Virus record (IMG/VR): IMGVR_UViG_3300012974_000540
Location: 29,343 to 93,342 of that record
Direction: 5' to 3' (one strand)
From: a virus
Lineage: Duplodnaviria; Caudoviricetes
Length of the DNA: 64,000 bases
Numbering within the stretch: the first letter of the stretch is position 1; the number at the start of each line of letters is the position of its first letter. The position numbers and the translations under genes were made by a program. The notes below the pieces were generated by a model. The model searched no databases and was not told the DNA's origin. It saw only the letters and a program-made list of their open reading frames with translations. Shown here piece after piece: positions 7,969 to 16,491 of this stretch.

Positions 7969-9725
7969 TGCCGCTTCCTGGCGATGTCCTGGACGAGCTG
8001 CGCGCGGTGGGCATCCACATGACGCGGCGCGATGTCGGACGGAACTTCAAACTGCTCTGCCCGCGCTGCAACGGCGGCAATGACCGCGAGAAGGCCCTCT
8101 CGGTGCTGCTCGACGCCGATGGCGGCGCGGTCTGGGAGTGCAAGCGCGGCAGCTGCGGCTGGAAGGGCAATGTCCCCGGCCGCTCGGCCGCGCAGGGCAA
8201 GGCCTCCTTCACGCCGCGCCCGAAGGCCTACGTCCGGCCGCCGGCGCCCGTGGCGCCCATCAAGACCGATCCGCTCTACGAGTTCTTCGGCGCGCGCGGC
8301 ATCAGCCGCGAGACCGTCGATGCCTTCGGCTGCTTCCTGACGAAGCGCGCCTTCCCCCAGCTCGACTGGAAGGAGGCCGGCGCCATCGCCTTCCCGTATA
8401 TCTGGAAGGGCGAGTACGTGAATGCGAAGTTCCGCTCGCGCGAGAAGCACTTCATCCAGGAGAAGGGCGCCGAGCCGACCCTGTTCAACATCGACCGGAT
8501 CGACCTCGACCGGGTGGTGTTCTGCGAGGGCGAGAGCGACGTGATGGCGGTCTTCGAGGCGGGCGAGCCCTCGGCCGTCTCCCTCGCCAACGGCGCGCCC
8601 GCGAAGCTGAAGGAGGAGGTCGATCCGAACGACCTCCGCTACCTGCCGCTCCACACCCATGCCGAGCAGCTCGCCCAGGTGAAGTCGTTCGTGCTGGCCG
8701 GCGACATGGACGGGCCGGGCCGGAATCACTGCGAGGAGATCGCGCGCCGCCTCGGCAAGGAGAAGTGCCGCCTGGTGAAGTGGCCGGAGGACTGCAAGGA
8801 CGCGAACGAGACCTTGCAGAAGCACGGCCGCCAGGCGGTGCTGGCCTGCCTGGACCATGCCGCGCCCTATCCGATCAGCGGCCTCTGGAACCTCGGCGTG
8901 GACGACATCGCCGTCCTCGACAGCCCGACCTGGTCGCACACCGTCTCGACCGGCTCCAGGGTGCTCGACGCGCTGTTCCGCATCCCCGTCCAGGGGCGGC
9001 TGTTTGTCATCACCGGCGTGCCGAACGCCGGCAAGAGCACCTTCCTGAACTGGCTGGTGACGCAGCAGGCCCGGCTGCACGGCCGCAAGCTCGCCATCTT
9101 CTCGCCGGAGAGCGAGCCGTGGCAGCTCCATGGCAGCCAGCTCGCCGAGGTCTATAGCGGCAAGCCCTGGCGCGTGATGTCGCCGGACGAGAAGATCGAC
9201 GCGGTCACCTTCGTCGGGCACCACTTCACGCACATCGCCCAGCCGCGCGAGGACCAGCTCCCCTCCATGGAGTGGTTGCTCGACCAGGTGCGCTTCTGCG
9301 TGCTGCGCGACGGCATCAACGGCGTCGTCATCGACCCCTGGAACGAGATCGAGCACGCCCGGCCGAACGGGCAGAGCATGACCGAATACGCGAACCTCGC
9401 CCTGCCCCGCCTGAAGCGGTTCTGCGCGGTCTATGGGATCAACGTCTTTCTGGTCGCGCATCCCCGCAAGTTGCAGAGCGACGAGATCCCGACCGGCTAC
9501 GCCATCGCCGACACGGCCGCCTTCGCCAACAAGGCGGATTTCGGGATCTCGGTGTATCGCCCCGACCCGAATATTCCCGCGCGCATCGGCATCCTCACCT
9601 GGAAGATCCGGTTCAAGTCCCATGGCAGCAAGGGGGCGTGCTGGATGATGTGGGACCGCGCGAGCGACCGTTTTCACGACTGCGACGAGCAGCCCGACAA
9701 CTGGCCGCAGCCGGTGCCGGCATGA
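7968..9725 (+). CDS. T7 gp4/Twinkle-like primase-helicase
   Basis: Zn finger CPRC..CKRGSC; TOPRIM CEGESD and DMDGPG; Walker A GVPNAGKS; VIDPWN; VAHPRK. Confidence 0.9.
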   Translation: MPLPGDVLDELRAVGIHMTRRDVGRNFKLLCPRCNGGNDREKALSVLLDADGGAVWECKRGSCGWKGNVPGRSAAQGKASFTPRPKAYVRPPAPVAPIKTDPLYEFFGARGISRETVDAFGCFLTKRAFPQLDWKEAGAIAFPYIWKGEYVNAKFRSREKHFIQEKGAEPTLFNIDRIDLDRVVFCEGESDVMAVFEAGEPSAVSLANGAPAKLKEEVDPNDLRYLPLHTHAEQLAQVKSFVLAGDMDGPGRNHCEEIARRLGKEKCRLVKWPEDCKDANETLQKHGRQAVLACLDHAAPYPISGLWNLGVDDIAVLDSPTWSHTVSTGSRVLDALFRIPVQGRLFVITGVPNAGKSTFLNWLVTQQARLHGRKLAIFSPESEPWQLHGSQLAEVYSGKPWRVMSPDEKIDAVTFVGHHFTHIAQPREDQLPSMEWLLDQVRFCVLRDGINGVVIDPWNEIEHARPNGQSMTEYANLALPRLKRFCAVYGINVFLVAHPRKLQSDEIPTGYAIADTAAFANKADFGISVYRPDPNIPARIGILTWKIRFKSHGSKGACWMMWDRASDRFHDCDEQPDNWPQPVPA

Positions 9726-9849
9726 CCCCCTTCCAGGAGCGCGCCGCGTGCCCTGCCTCCACCGCAGCCTCCGCCACCGCCGCCGTCCCCATGCCGGGGA
9801 GCGGGAGCCGGGCCGTGCCCGTGCCGCCGCCGCCGGGAGGGGTGCCACA

Positions 9850-10134
9850 GTGACGGCGCTGTTTCCGGAGCGCCCGGCCCGCCGCGGCCCGGCGCCGGCC
9901 GGCGAGTTCGGGGCCGAGCTGCAGGCGGTGGGCGCCCAGCTCGCGGTCGCCCTCACCCGCTCCCCCTTGCTGCCGCGCGACGTGGCGCGGCGCGCCAATG
10001 TCTCGATGCCCCGGCTGGAGGCGATCCTCGCCGGCCAGTGCGAGGACGTGACCGTGACCGAGGTCGCGGCCCTGGCCGCTGCCTGCGGCATGCGGATGTC
10101 GGTCCGCTTCGAGCCGACCCGGCAGCCCTTCTGA
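9850..10134 (+). CDS. XRE-family HTH protein
   Basis: DVARRANVSMPRLEAILAG..VTVTEVAALAAACG. Confidence 0.7.
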   Translation: MTALFPERPARRGPAPAGEFGAELQAVGAQLAVALTRSPLLPRDVARRANVSMPRLEAILAGQCEDVTVTEVAALAAACGMRMSVRFEPTRQPF

Positions 10135-10144
10135 GGACCCCCTT

Positions 10145-10711
10145 ATGGACGCCCTGACCGCCATCCTCACCCGCAATGACTCCGGCGGGCCCTACGACGC
10201 CACGGTGATGCCGCTCAGCATGGAGCGGGCGCTGCTCGGCCTGGTCGGCGACGCCGCCCGGCTGACGGAGCGGCTGCGGCGCGCCCGCTTCGAGGGGCGT
10301 CCTATTGACTGGGTCTTCGCCGACCAGCGCGCGGCCGAGATGCTGCGCTGCCTGGCGCTCTACGCCCGTGCCCGGGGCAAGGATCTCACCTTCCTCCAGG
10401 ACATCCTGCTGCGGCAGCTGGGCGAGGTGCTTCCGCCGCCCCCGCCCCCGCCGCCACCGCCGCCGCCCGCCCAGCCGGCCCTGCCCATCGCCCTGCCGGC
10501 GCGGCGGGCGAGCACGCGCCGCCTCGGCAACCCGGGCGAGCGGAACGGCTCGGCCAAGCTGACCTGGGCGAAGGTCGCCAAGATCCGCGCCAGCAAGGAG
10601 GCGGGCGGCAAGGCCCGCGCCATGGCCGAGGAATGGGGCGTCAGCCTCGCCACCATCCACGCGATCCTGGGCGGCCGCGCCTGGGCCGAGAAGGATTCAC
10701 CCCGCGCATGA
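10145..10711 (+). CDS. hypothetical protein with poly-Pro linker and HNH-associated C-terminal HTH
   Basis: GERNGSAKLT..MAEEWGVSLATIHAI..GRAW. Confidence 0.6.
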   Translation: MDALTAILTRNDSGGPYDATVMPLSMERALLGLVGDAARLTERLRRARFEGRPIDWVFADQRAAEMLRCLALYARARGKDLTFLQDILLRQLGEVLPPPPPPPPPPPPAQPALPIALPARRASTRRLGNPGERNGSAKLTWAKVAKIRASKEAGGKARAMAEEWGVSLATIHAILGGRAWAEKDSPRA

Positions 10712-10968
10712 ACGACACTGAGATCCAGGCCGAGGTGGGCGGCGTCGCCGCCGACCGTCTCCGCTCCATCATCGAGCGCGTCGAGCGCCTGGAGGAGGAG
10801 CGCAAGGCGCTCGCCGACGACATCAAGGACATCTTCACCGAGGCGAAGTCGGCCGGCTTCGAGGCGAAGGTGATCCGCCAGATCATCCGCCAGCGGAAGC
10901 AGGAGCCCGCCGAGGTGGAGGAGCAGGAGACCCTGCTCGACCTCTACCGCCGCGCCCTGGGGATGTGA
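10708..10968 (+). CDS. gapR: GapR (DUF2312) nucleoid-associated protein
   Basis: AADRLRSIIERVERLEEERKALADDIKDIFTEAKSAGF..ETLLDLYRRALGM. Confidence 0.92.
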   Translation: MNDTEIQAEVGGVAADRLRSIIERVERLEEERKALADDIKDIFTEAKSAGFEAKVIRQIIRQRKQEPAEVEEQETLLDLYRRALGM

Positions 10969-10969
10969 G

Positions 10970-11143
10970 ATGGGGCGTCGTCGTGCGAGCGGCATGAAAG
11001 ACCCCTTCGCGGAGGGCTGGGACGCCTGCTGCGAAGGGGCCGGGCTGGAATCATGCCCCTACCCGGTGGCGAGCGGAGATGCCGCCCTCTGGATGGATGG
11101 CTGGCACGAGGCCGTGCATGAGAGGTTGTGCCAGGCGGCATGA
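10970..11143 (+). CDS. Rmf-like small protein (57 aa, absent from the ORF track)
   Basis: own translation: ..PFAEGWDACCEGAGLESCPYP..LWMDGWHEA, matching the Rmf pattern G..A..G..CPY..W..GW. Confidence 0.65.
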   Translation: MGRRRASGMKDPFAEGWDACCEGAGLESCPYPVASGDAALWMDGWHEAVHERLCQAA

Positions 11144-11382
11144 TCGCGGCATCCGGGCCGGCCGCCTCCGTGTGGCTGGTCCGGCGGGGGTCCGGCGCTG
11201 GGCCGGTTGTGGGCCTCCTGCTGCGGGAGATCCCGCCCGGCCAGGAGGCGCTCTGCCTGCGGCGGCAGGAGGGGCTGGAGCGGCATCCGCTCGACTGGGT
11301 GGCCCGCGAGGTGCATCTGCAATGCGGCGCCGCGCTCGACGGCCTGCTGGGCTTTCTGCCGACGCCCCTCGATGTCGGCTAA
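11140..11382 (+). CDS. hypothetical protein
   Basis: ATGA-coupled ORF. Confidence 0.5.
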   Translation: MIAASGPAASVWLVRRGSGAGPVVGLLLREIPPGQEALCLRRQEGLERHPLDWVAREVHLQCGAALDGLLGFLPTPLDVG

Positions 11383-11840
11383 AAGACGATGATGGGATTC
11401 CCGGTGAGGGGCACCTGCAGCATCCGCAGCAGGTCGGCGTATTCCGTCACCGACCGCACCACGGCGTAGCGGTGGCCGAAGGCTTCGACGGCGGCCTGGA
11501 ACTGCTTCTGCTCGCGGCTCTGGTAGGTGCGCTCGGTGAGCAGGCCCTGCGGTAGCTTGACCTCGACGAATGCGACGGCGCCGTGGGTGACCAGGATCAG
11601 GTCGCTGGCGCCCGGCAGCACGCCGGCATCGAGGAGGCGGGCGGCCTCGGCCCTGGCCCTGCGGCCGCCGTTCGGCACCGCGAAGAGCAGGGCGCGCGGG
11701 TCGGCGAAGCGGCGGTGGAACTCGACCAGCGAGGTTTGCAGGTCGTCCTCGGCGTGACGCGGCGCCCGCCGGCGGCCCAGGATCGTGGAATGTTCGGCCA
11801 AGCCCCCTCGCGGCTTCACATCGCCCTTGCCGAGCTTCAC
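11379..11840 (-). CDS. VRR-NUC domain nuclease
   Basis: EDDLQ..FAVPNGG..GVLPGASDL..FVEVK..EQKQF. Confidence 0.85.
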   Translation of the reverse strand: MKLGKGDVKPRGGLAEHSTILGRRRAPRHAEDDLQTSLVEFHRRFADPRALLFAVPNGGRRARAEAARLLDAGVLPGASDLILVTHGAVAFVEVKLPQGLLTERTYQSREQKQFQAAVEAFGHRYAVVRSVTEYADLLRMLQVPLTGNPIIVF

Positions 11841-12073
11841 ACGGAGCGGCTACCGATGTGAAGAGACGCAGCTTCCGCGATCGGCAGCAAGGCTCGTTCC
11901 AATCGGCGCACCGTGGCGAGGGATGGATTCCAATCCGGATCTTCCATGTGACGCAGCGTGTTGGCGTGGACACACGCCTTCTCGGCGAGGACGCATTTCC
12001 GGAGCCCTGCGCTCCGGAAGGCCAGGCGGATCTCGGAAAGGACGGCGTCGATGCGGGGCGTGGAACTCTGCAT
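11837..12073 (-). CDS. Cro-like HTH regulator
   Basis: LAEKACVHANTLRHME..WNPSLATVRRLE; divergent from the CI-like gene. Confidence 0.7.
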   Translation of the reverse strand: MQSSTPRIDAVLSEIRLAFRSAGLRKCVLAEKACVHANTLRHMEDPDWNPSLATVRRLERALLPIAEAASLHIGSRSV

Positions 12074-12100
12074 GACGATGTGACCTATCACATCGTCATG
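12071..12100. promoter_or_regulatory. 13-bp perfect inverted repeat operator between cro-like and cI-like genes
   Basis: CATGACGATGTGA-ccta-TCACATCGTCATG. Confidence 0.7.
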
Positions 12101-12130
12101 TGACGCGGAACAAGACCAGGGGGTCGTTGA

Positions 12131-13009
12131 GTGATGGTAGTGAAGGCGTCGCAGCCTGCCAGGAAGAATCCTTCCGTGGGGGCGCGCGCGGAGGCGAAGC
12201 CTGTGGTCGTGCAGGTGAGCGCGGCCGAGGCGCGGCTGAGTGATTACCTCTCCGACGAAGAGGTGGAGCGCGACCGGCAGGGGATGCGCGACACGATGAA
12301 GCGCCTCGACCTGGTGCCGAACACCTGGGCGCGGGCAGCCGGGTTCCGCAACGCCAATGCCCTCTACAACTGGTTGTCGGGCCGCACCCGGAGCCTGAGC
12401 CTGGATGTGCGGGAGCGGCTGGCGGCGGTGCTGCCCGGCGAGACGGCCTGGAGCATCATCGGGCGGAAGCCGCCGCGGGCGCGGAAGAACGCGGTCGATG
12501 CGGTGATGCGGCAGGTGCCGATCCGCACGGCGGCGCGGGCCAGCCTCTGGCGGCGCGTCTATGAGCTGCCGAAGCGGGAGCGGGGCAGCATCCTCGCCGT
12601 CGCGATGCCCGACAACGACATGGATATCGCCGTCCGCATCGACGACGACAGCATCAACGAGCTTTATTCCGCCGGCTCCTATGCCCTGGTGCATAGCCTC
12701 CGGCCCCAGGATCGGCTGCGGAACGGCGATGTCGTGCTGGTGGAGCGGCGCCGTGTGCGCGCCGAGGCCGAGACGGTCGAGATCACGCTGCGCCAGGTCG
12801 TGGTGACGAAGCAAGGGGCCGTGCTGCGCTGGCGCAGCCTGAATCCGGACTTCCAGGGGGACGTGCCCATGCCCTGGCCTTACGAGGGGGGGAAGCCCTT
12901 CACCAACCTGCAGGAGCCGAAATTCGCGATCCACAAGCGGTCGGTCTATCGGATCACCGGCGTGGTGGTCACCGTGCAGACCATGGCGCGGCGCATCTTG
13001 AACGGCTGA
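12131..13009 (+). CDS. CI-like repressor (HTH plus S24-like C-terminal domain)
   Basis: WARAAGF..NALYNWLSGRTRSL; DDSINELY..G..LRNGDVVLVER..ITGVV. Confidence 0.7.
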   Translation: MMVVKASQPARKNPSVGARAEAKPVVVQVSAAEARLSDYLSDEEVERDRQGMRDTMKRLDLVPNTWARAAGFRNANALYNWLSGRTRSLSLDVRERLAAVLPGETAWSIIGRKPPRARKNAVDAVMRQVPIRTAARASLWRRVYELPKRERGSILAVAMPDNDMDIAVRIDDDSINELYSAGSYALVHSLRPQDRLRNGDVVLVERRRVRAEAETVEITLRQVVVTKQGAVLRWRSLNPDFQGDVPMPWPYEGGKPFTNLQEPKFAIHKRSVYRITGVVVTVQTMARRILNG

Positions 13010-13047
13010 CAAACCCTCTGGATTGACCCGCCTGGGCGGTGTTTTTA

Positions 13048-13088
13048 TTGACTTTCCACCTTCACATCACATAGCTGTGTGATGTGAA
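13048..13088 (+). promoter_or_regulatory. sigma70-like promoter overlapped by TTCACATCACA/TGTGATGTGAA operator
   Basis: TTGACT at 13048; inverted repeat 13061-13088. Confidence 0.6.
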
Positions 13089-13104
13089 GAATGGGTGGTG
13101 CCGC

Positions 13105-13740
13105 ATGGCTCGGAAGCGTCGCTACGTGAAGTCGAGGACGATGACGCTGGTGCGGGACAAGCAGAGCGGCATCCTTGTCGCCCACGCCGGCAGCGACTAC
13201 GGCGCCCAGCACGAGGTGCGCCGTGCCCGTGGGGAAATCGAGATCCGCGACCGTGAGGTGACGAATTCCGGCGTGCTCGTCGCGCGCGGCGCCTATGTCG
13301 TGGCGCCGGGTGCGGTCGAGCGCCTCGCCCGCGACGGCCTGCTCTGCGATCCGCGCGACACAGCGGCGAACCGGGCCGCCGAGACGCGGCGGCGCCTGAT
13401 GGCGGCCGAGACGTTCCGCGTCAGCGCCGAGATCGCCCAGGTGCGCCCGCGCATGGTGGCCCGCTACGACTCATGCATGTTCAGCGGCGCCATGGCGGTG
13501 ATTCCCGACGTCATGGCGCATGCCCGCTCCCGCCTGAACCGCTATGTGCCGGTCATGGGCTGGTGCCGCTTCCTGACGCTGCTGAACGCGGTGGTCTTCG
13601 AGTGCGCGACCACGCCGCGCGAGGACCGCATCATCGCCGAGGCGCTGCGGCTCCTGGCCGACCACCTGGACGCAAAAAACCCCCGAGGTGATACCTCGGG
13701 GGCGGGGCACTCAGCCGAGCAGCGGATGCAGGCAGCCTAG
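13105..13740 (+). CDS. hypothetical protein, possible late-gene regulator
   Basis: 211 aa; position after repressor; LR.LADH C-terminus. Confidence 0.5.
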   Translation: MARKRRYVKSRTMTLVRDKQSGILVAHAGSDYGAQHEVRRARGEIEIRDREVTNSGVLVARGAYVVAPGAVERLARDGLLCDPRDTAANRAAETRRRLMAAETFRVSAEIAQVRPRMVARYDSCMFSGAMAVIPDVMAHARSRLNRYVPVMGWCRFLTLLNAVVFECATTPREDRIIAEALRLLADHLDAKNPRGDTSGAGHSAEQRMQAA

Positions 13741-14097
13741 CTGCGACAGCGACTGGAGGTCGCGCAGGACGGTCTGTCCGAGCGCGACGGCGAAGGGGGT
13801 CACGTCGGCCTCGATGATGTCCAGCAGGCACTGGAGCTTCATCACCAGCTCGCGGCCGTTCTGCGCGGCGGCCGCGGCCATCTCCCAGTCGAGCACGGTG
13901 AGGTCGGCCATGATCTGCTTGGCCTCGGGGCTCTCGGGGTCGAGGTCGCCCCAGGCGAGGCGCATCTCATTGCCGCGGCGGAGCAGGTCGGGGATGGAAT
14001 CCGGCACGACGGGCAGGCGGCTCAGGGGGGCGACATCCGGGAAGGTGACGCTGGAGGGCAGGGAGGTCGTAGGCACCGCGGGCAGAGTGGGGGTCAT
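13711..14097 (-). CDS. hypothetical protein
   Basis: MTPTLP start with GGAGAGG SD. Confidence 0.55.
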   Translation of the reverse strand: MTPTLPAVPTTSLPSSVTFPDVAPLSRLPVVPDSIPDLLRRGNEMRLAWGDLDPESPEAKQIMADLTVLDWEMAAAAAQNGRELVMKLQCLLDIIEADVTPFAVALGQTVLRDLQSLSQLGCLHPLLG

Positions 14098-14252
14098 GGA
14101 CCTCTCCAGGGGGACGGAGTTTCGGAACAATCCGCGAACTCACGTTGCGGCGCCGTGGTGAAATTGCCTCGAAGGGGTTGATCACGCAAGCGTGAAATTC
14201 AACCGACCCGAAATGTGCCTTGGAAAAGAGCCAGCCCGAGTCTGTAAACACA

Positions 14253-14293
14253 GAAACGCCCACCAGCCTCGGGGAGAGGCTGATGGGCGTTTC
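14253..14293. terminator. long hairpin, possible bidirectional terminator
   Basis: GAAACGCCCA-CAGCCTC/GAGGCTG-TGGGCGTTTC. Confidence 0.5.
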
Positions 14294-14739
14294 GTCGTTC
14301 AGTCGTCGGGGAGGGTTTAGGCTTAGAAGGCATGAAGCCTCCTGTGTTCGGGCAGGGGTGCGGGGCCCTGGCCTACTCGGGGCCTGCTCCTGGCGCTCGT
14401 GGGGTCCGCGAGCACCGGGAATCTCTATTGATGTCTTCCCTCCGGAAGTCGGGCCGTTGTCCAGGCGGCGGTCGTCTAGTCCAGCTCGTCGGGTGCCAGG
14501 CGACGTGACGGGATCTGGCAGTGCGGCGTGTGTGGGCCGATGCCGGGCATCCCAGCGTCGGCACACCTCCCAAGGACTCCAGATGGGACGCCCTGGACGG
14601 GGCGGCCACCTTCGCTCGACCCTGCGGGGATTGCTTGATCGGGGTTAGGGGAACTGGTTGGCGGCGGTGTGCCGGTGACAGATATATGGCGACGCCAGCG
14701 CTGTTTTTCAACGCGGGCGTTTCGTTTCTTCTCAGGCCA

Positions 14740-15210
14740 TTACAGGGAAATCGGCGAATAGAAGCCGAGCCGGGCGGCGTGCGCATCGAAGGGCCGGCAG
14801 CCGGTCTTGATCCATTGGATGATGTGCTGGAGGTCGGTGCCCATCGGGAAGCCCAGGAAGGCTTCCTCGGTGAGGCCGTCGCCGCCCAGCTCGATCTCCT
14901 GCAGCGCATCCCAGACGCGGATCGCTTCCGGGAGGCCGAAGGGGCCGTGGCACCACTCGTCGGGCACCAGCTGGTGCTCGCGCCAGAAGGCGCCGGTCTC
15001 ATCCTGCACGACCTGCTGCCCGTCGATCCGCAGGGGCGTCGGGGTGTTCCCGGCGCTGTAGGGGTGGCCATCCGTGTGCGTGTCGATCTGCGGGATGCGC
15101 CCATGATCCGTCACCAAGAAGGTGGCTTTGCTCACGGGCGCGCATTGGTGGGCCACGAGGACCAGGCCCGAGATCAGATCGCCGGTCGGCGAGCGCAGAA
15201 GGGTGTTCAT
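14740..15210 (-). CDS. hypothetical protein (cassette)
   Basis: MNTLLRS start behind R14. Confidence 0.65.
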   Translation of the reverse strand: MNTLLRSPTGDLISGLVLVAHQCAPVSKATFLVTDHGRIPQIDTHTDGHPYSAGNTPTPLRIDGQQVVQDETGAFWREHQLVPDEWCHGPFGLPEAIRVWDALQEIELGGDGLTEEAFLGFPMGTDLQHIIQWIKTGCRPFDAHAARLGFYSPISL

Positions 15211-15219
15211 GGGTCTGCT

Positions 15220-15264
15220 TTCTTCAAGCCGGCGGGAATGCCGGCAATCCCGGAACGGGATTTC
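15220..15264 (-). ncRNA. type II hammerhead-like motif R14 (U3 core, AUU triplet)
   Basis: GAAAU CCCG UUC CGGG AUU GCCGGC AUUCCC GCCGGC UUGAAGA; compensatory U-A at pair 15.2-16.2. Confidence 0.7.
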
Positions 15265-15638
15265 TAGCTCTGCACCAGCGCGGTGACGGCGATCACGCGC
15301 TGGCGCTGGTCCTTCACGGGGGCGAATTGCGGCCCCGATCCGGGAAATACCACGTCCGGCCGGCTCATGCCCCGCTGGCGGAGCAGCAGGGCGGTGATCT
15401 GGGAGACGATGTGGAAGGTCCCGGCGCGCGGTGGCGGCAGGCCGACCACGTCGCCGTAGATCGGTGGCGGCTCGATCCGCACGCCGTCCGCCTCGGCCGG
15501 CTGGCCGCAGGGGTGGACGACGACGCGCGCCACGGTGCCGCTCGGGGGCACCATGCGCATGCCGGTGGGGGTGGCGAGCATGACCGGATGTGGGGTGAGA
15601 TTCACGAACCGCTCGCAGGCGGTCGCTGGTGTCGGCAA
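15264..15638 (-). CDS. NLTPH-motif phage protein
   Basis: FVNLTPHPV..VPPSGTVARV..GLPPPR.G..IVS..RPDVVFP. Confidence 0.7.
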   Translation of the reverse strand: MPTPATACERFVNLTPHPVMLATPTGMRMVPPSGTVARVVVHPCGQPAEADGVRIEPPPIYGDVVGLPPPRAGTFHIVSQITALLLRQRGMSRPDVVFPGSGPQFAPVKDQRQRVIAVTALVQS

Positions 15639-15648
15639 AGGTCGGTTC

Positions 15649-15695
15649 CTCTTCATGCCGGCGGGATGGCCGGCGACCGCCAGGTGGCGGTTTCG
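15649..15695 (-). ncRNA. type II hammerhead-like motif R15 (A3 core)
   Basis: CGAAAC CGCC ACCU GGCG GUC GCCGGC CAUCCC GCCGGC AUGAAGAG. Confidence 0.75.
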
Positions 15696-15700
15696 TTTTA

Positions 15701-16012
15701 CTACCACTCGAAGGTGGGCAGTCCTTCCACATCCTCGCCGTCGCCATGCAGGTTGATCCACCAGCAATCGTGCTGGCGGGCCAGCCGCATGATCCCGAGG
15801 AAGGCGTCCGACATGCCGCGCTGGCGCAGCTCGGCGTCGGTTTCGCGGGCGCTGTCGCTCGGGCAGTTGATGAACCACCCGATCTCGTGGTGGATCACCC
15901 GCACCGGGAAGTCATGGCTCTCCCGGTCGAGGGCCTGGAGGCGGTCGTTGTCGGCCTTCGGGATGTGGCCGGTGGAGATGTTCAGGAAGTGACGAATGGC
16001 GTCGTCGGCCAT
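15701..16012 (-). CDS. DUF5983-like protein
   Basis: LNISTGHI..GWFI..LARQHDCWWINL..DG..EGLPTFEW. Confidence 0.65.
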   Translation of the reverse strand: MADDAIRHFLNISTGHIPKADNDRLQALDRESHDFPVRVIHHEIGWFINCPSDSARETDAELRQRGMSDAFLGIMRLARQHDCWWINLHGDGEDVEGLPTFEW

Positions 16013-16019
16013 GGTTTGT

Positions 16020-16063
16020 CTCCTCATGCCCGCGGGGTGCGGGCGACCGCGAGCGCGGTTTCG
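16020..16063 (-). ncRNA. type II hammerhead-like motif R16 (A3 core)
   Basis: CGAAAC CGC..GCG GUC GCCCGC ACCCC GCGGGC AUGAGGAG. Confidence 0.75.
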
Positions 16064-16112
16064 TGGATGTGGAAAAGGCCCCCCTGCGCGCGGGGCGACA
16101 GGGAGGCCTTGG

Positions 16113-16394
16113 TCACGCCCGCCGGCGAAAGCCGACGAGATGCTGCAAGCAGTCGTCCAGGCTTCCATGCGCGATCCAGATCTTCGTCTGGGCCGGCTTG
16201 TGCGCCACGCCCTCGGCCGTCGCCAGGAAGTCCGTGTCCCAGAGGGAGAGGAACTCCAGGCCGTAGCCGAGGGTGCCGTGGCGGTCGGCCTCGATGTCGT
16301 GGGTGGCGAGCATGCCGCACAGGTGGCGGCCGCCGTACACGGTTCCGGGCTTCATCGCGTTTTGGACGTTCTGCAAGGTTTGCGGTGAGAGCAA
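16113..16394 (-). CDS. hypothetical protein (cassette)
   Basis: TTG start behind the GAGGAG SD of R17. Confidence 0.55.
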   Translation of the reverse strand: MLSPQTLQNVQNAMKPGTVYGGRHLCGMLATHDIEADRHGTLGYGLEFLSLWDTDFLATAEGVAHKPAQTKIWIAHGSLDDCLQHLVGFRRRA

Positions 16395-16404
16395 GGGGTT
16401 TCTC

Positions 16405-16448
16405 CTCATCGGCGGCGCGGATTGCGCCGTAGCCCCGAGGGGCTTTCG
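16405..16448 (-). ncRNA. type II hammerhead-like motif R17 (CCGAUGA core, CUA triplet)
   Basis: CGAAAG CCC..GGG CUA CGGCGC AAUCC GCGCCG CCGAUGAG; compensatory G-C at pair 15.2-16.2. Confidence 0.75.
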
Positions 16449-16491
16449 GAGAAGCGAGCGGCCCACCGGGGCGGGCCGCTCGACACGTTTG

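Noticed and set aside
11816-11861. Additional TCACATC/GATGTGA operator pair
   Set aside because: Lies in coding sequence with a 32-bp spacing unlike the other sites; may be chance
14253-14293. Plus-strand hammerhead (contains GAAAC and CTGATG)
   Set aside because: These bases lie in the arms of one simple hairpin; no three-way junction
280-16448. Repeats as simple rho-independent terminators or REP elements
   Set aside because: No U-tract in the sense direction; the invariant unpaired GAAA, UH and UGANGA fit a hammerhead core instead
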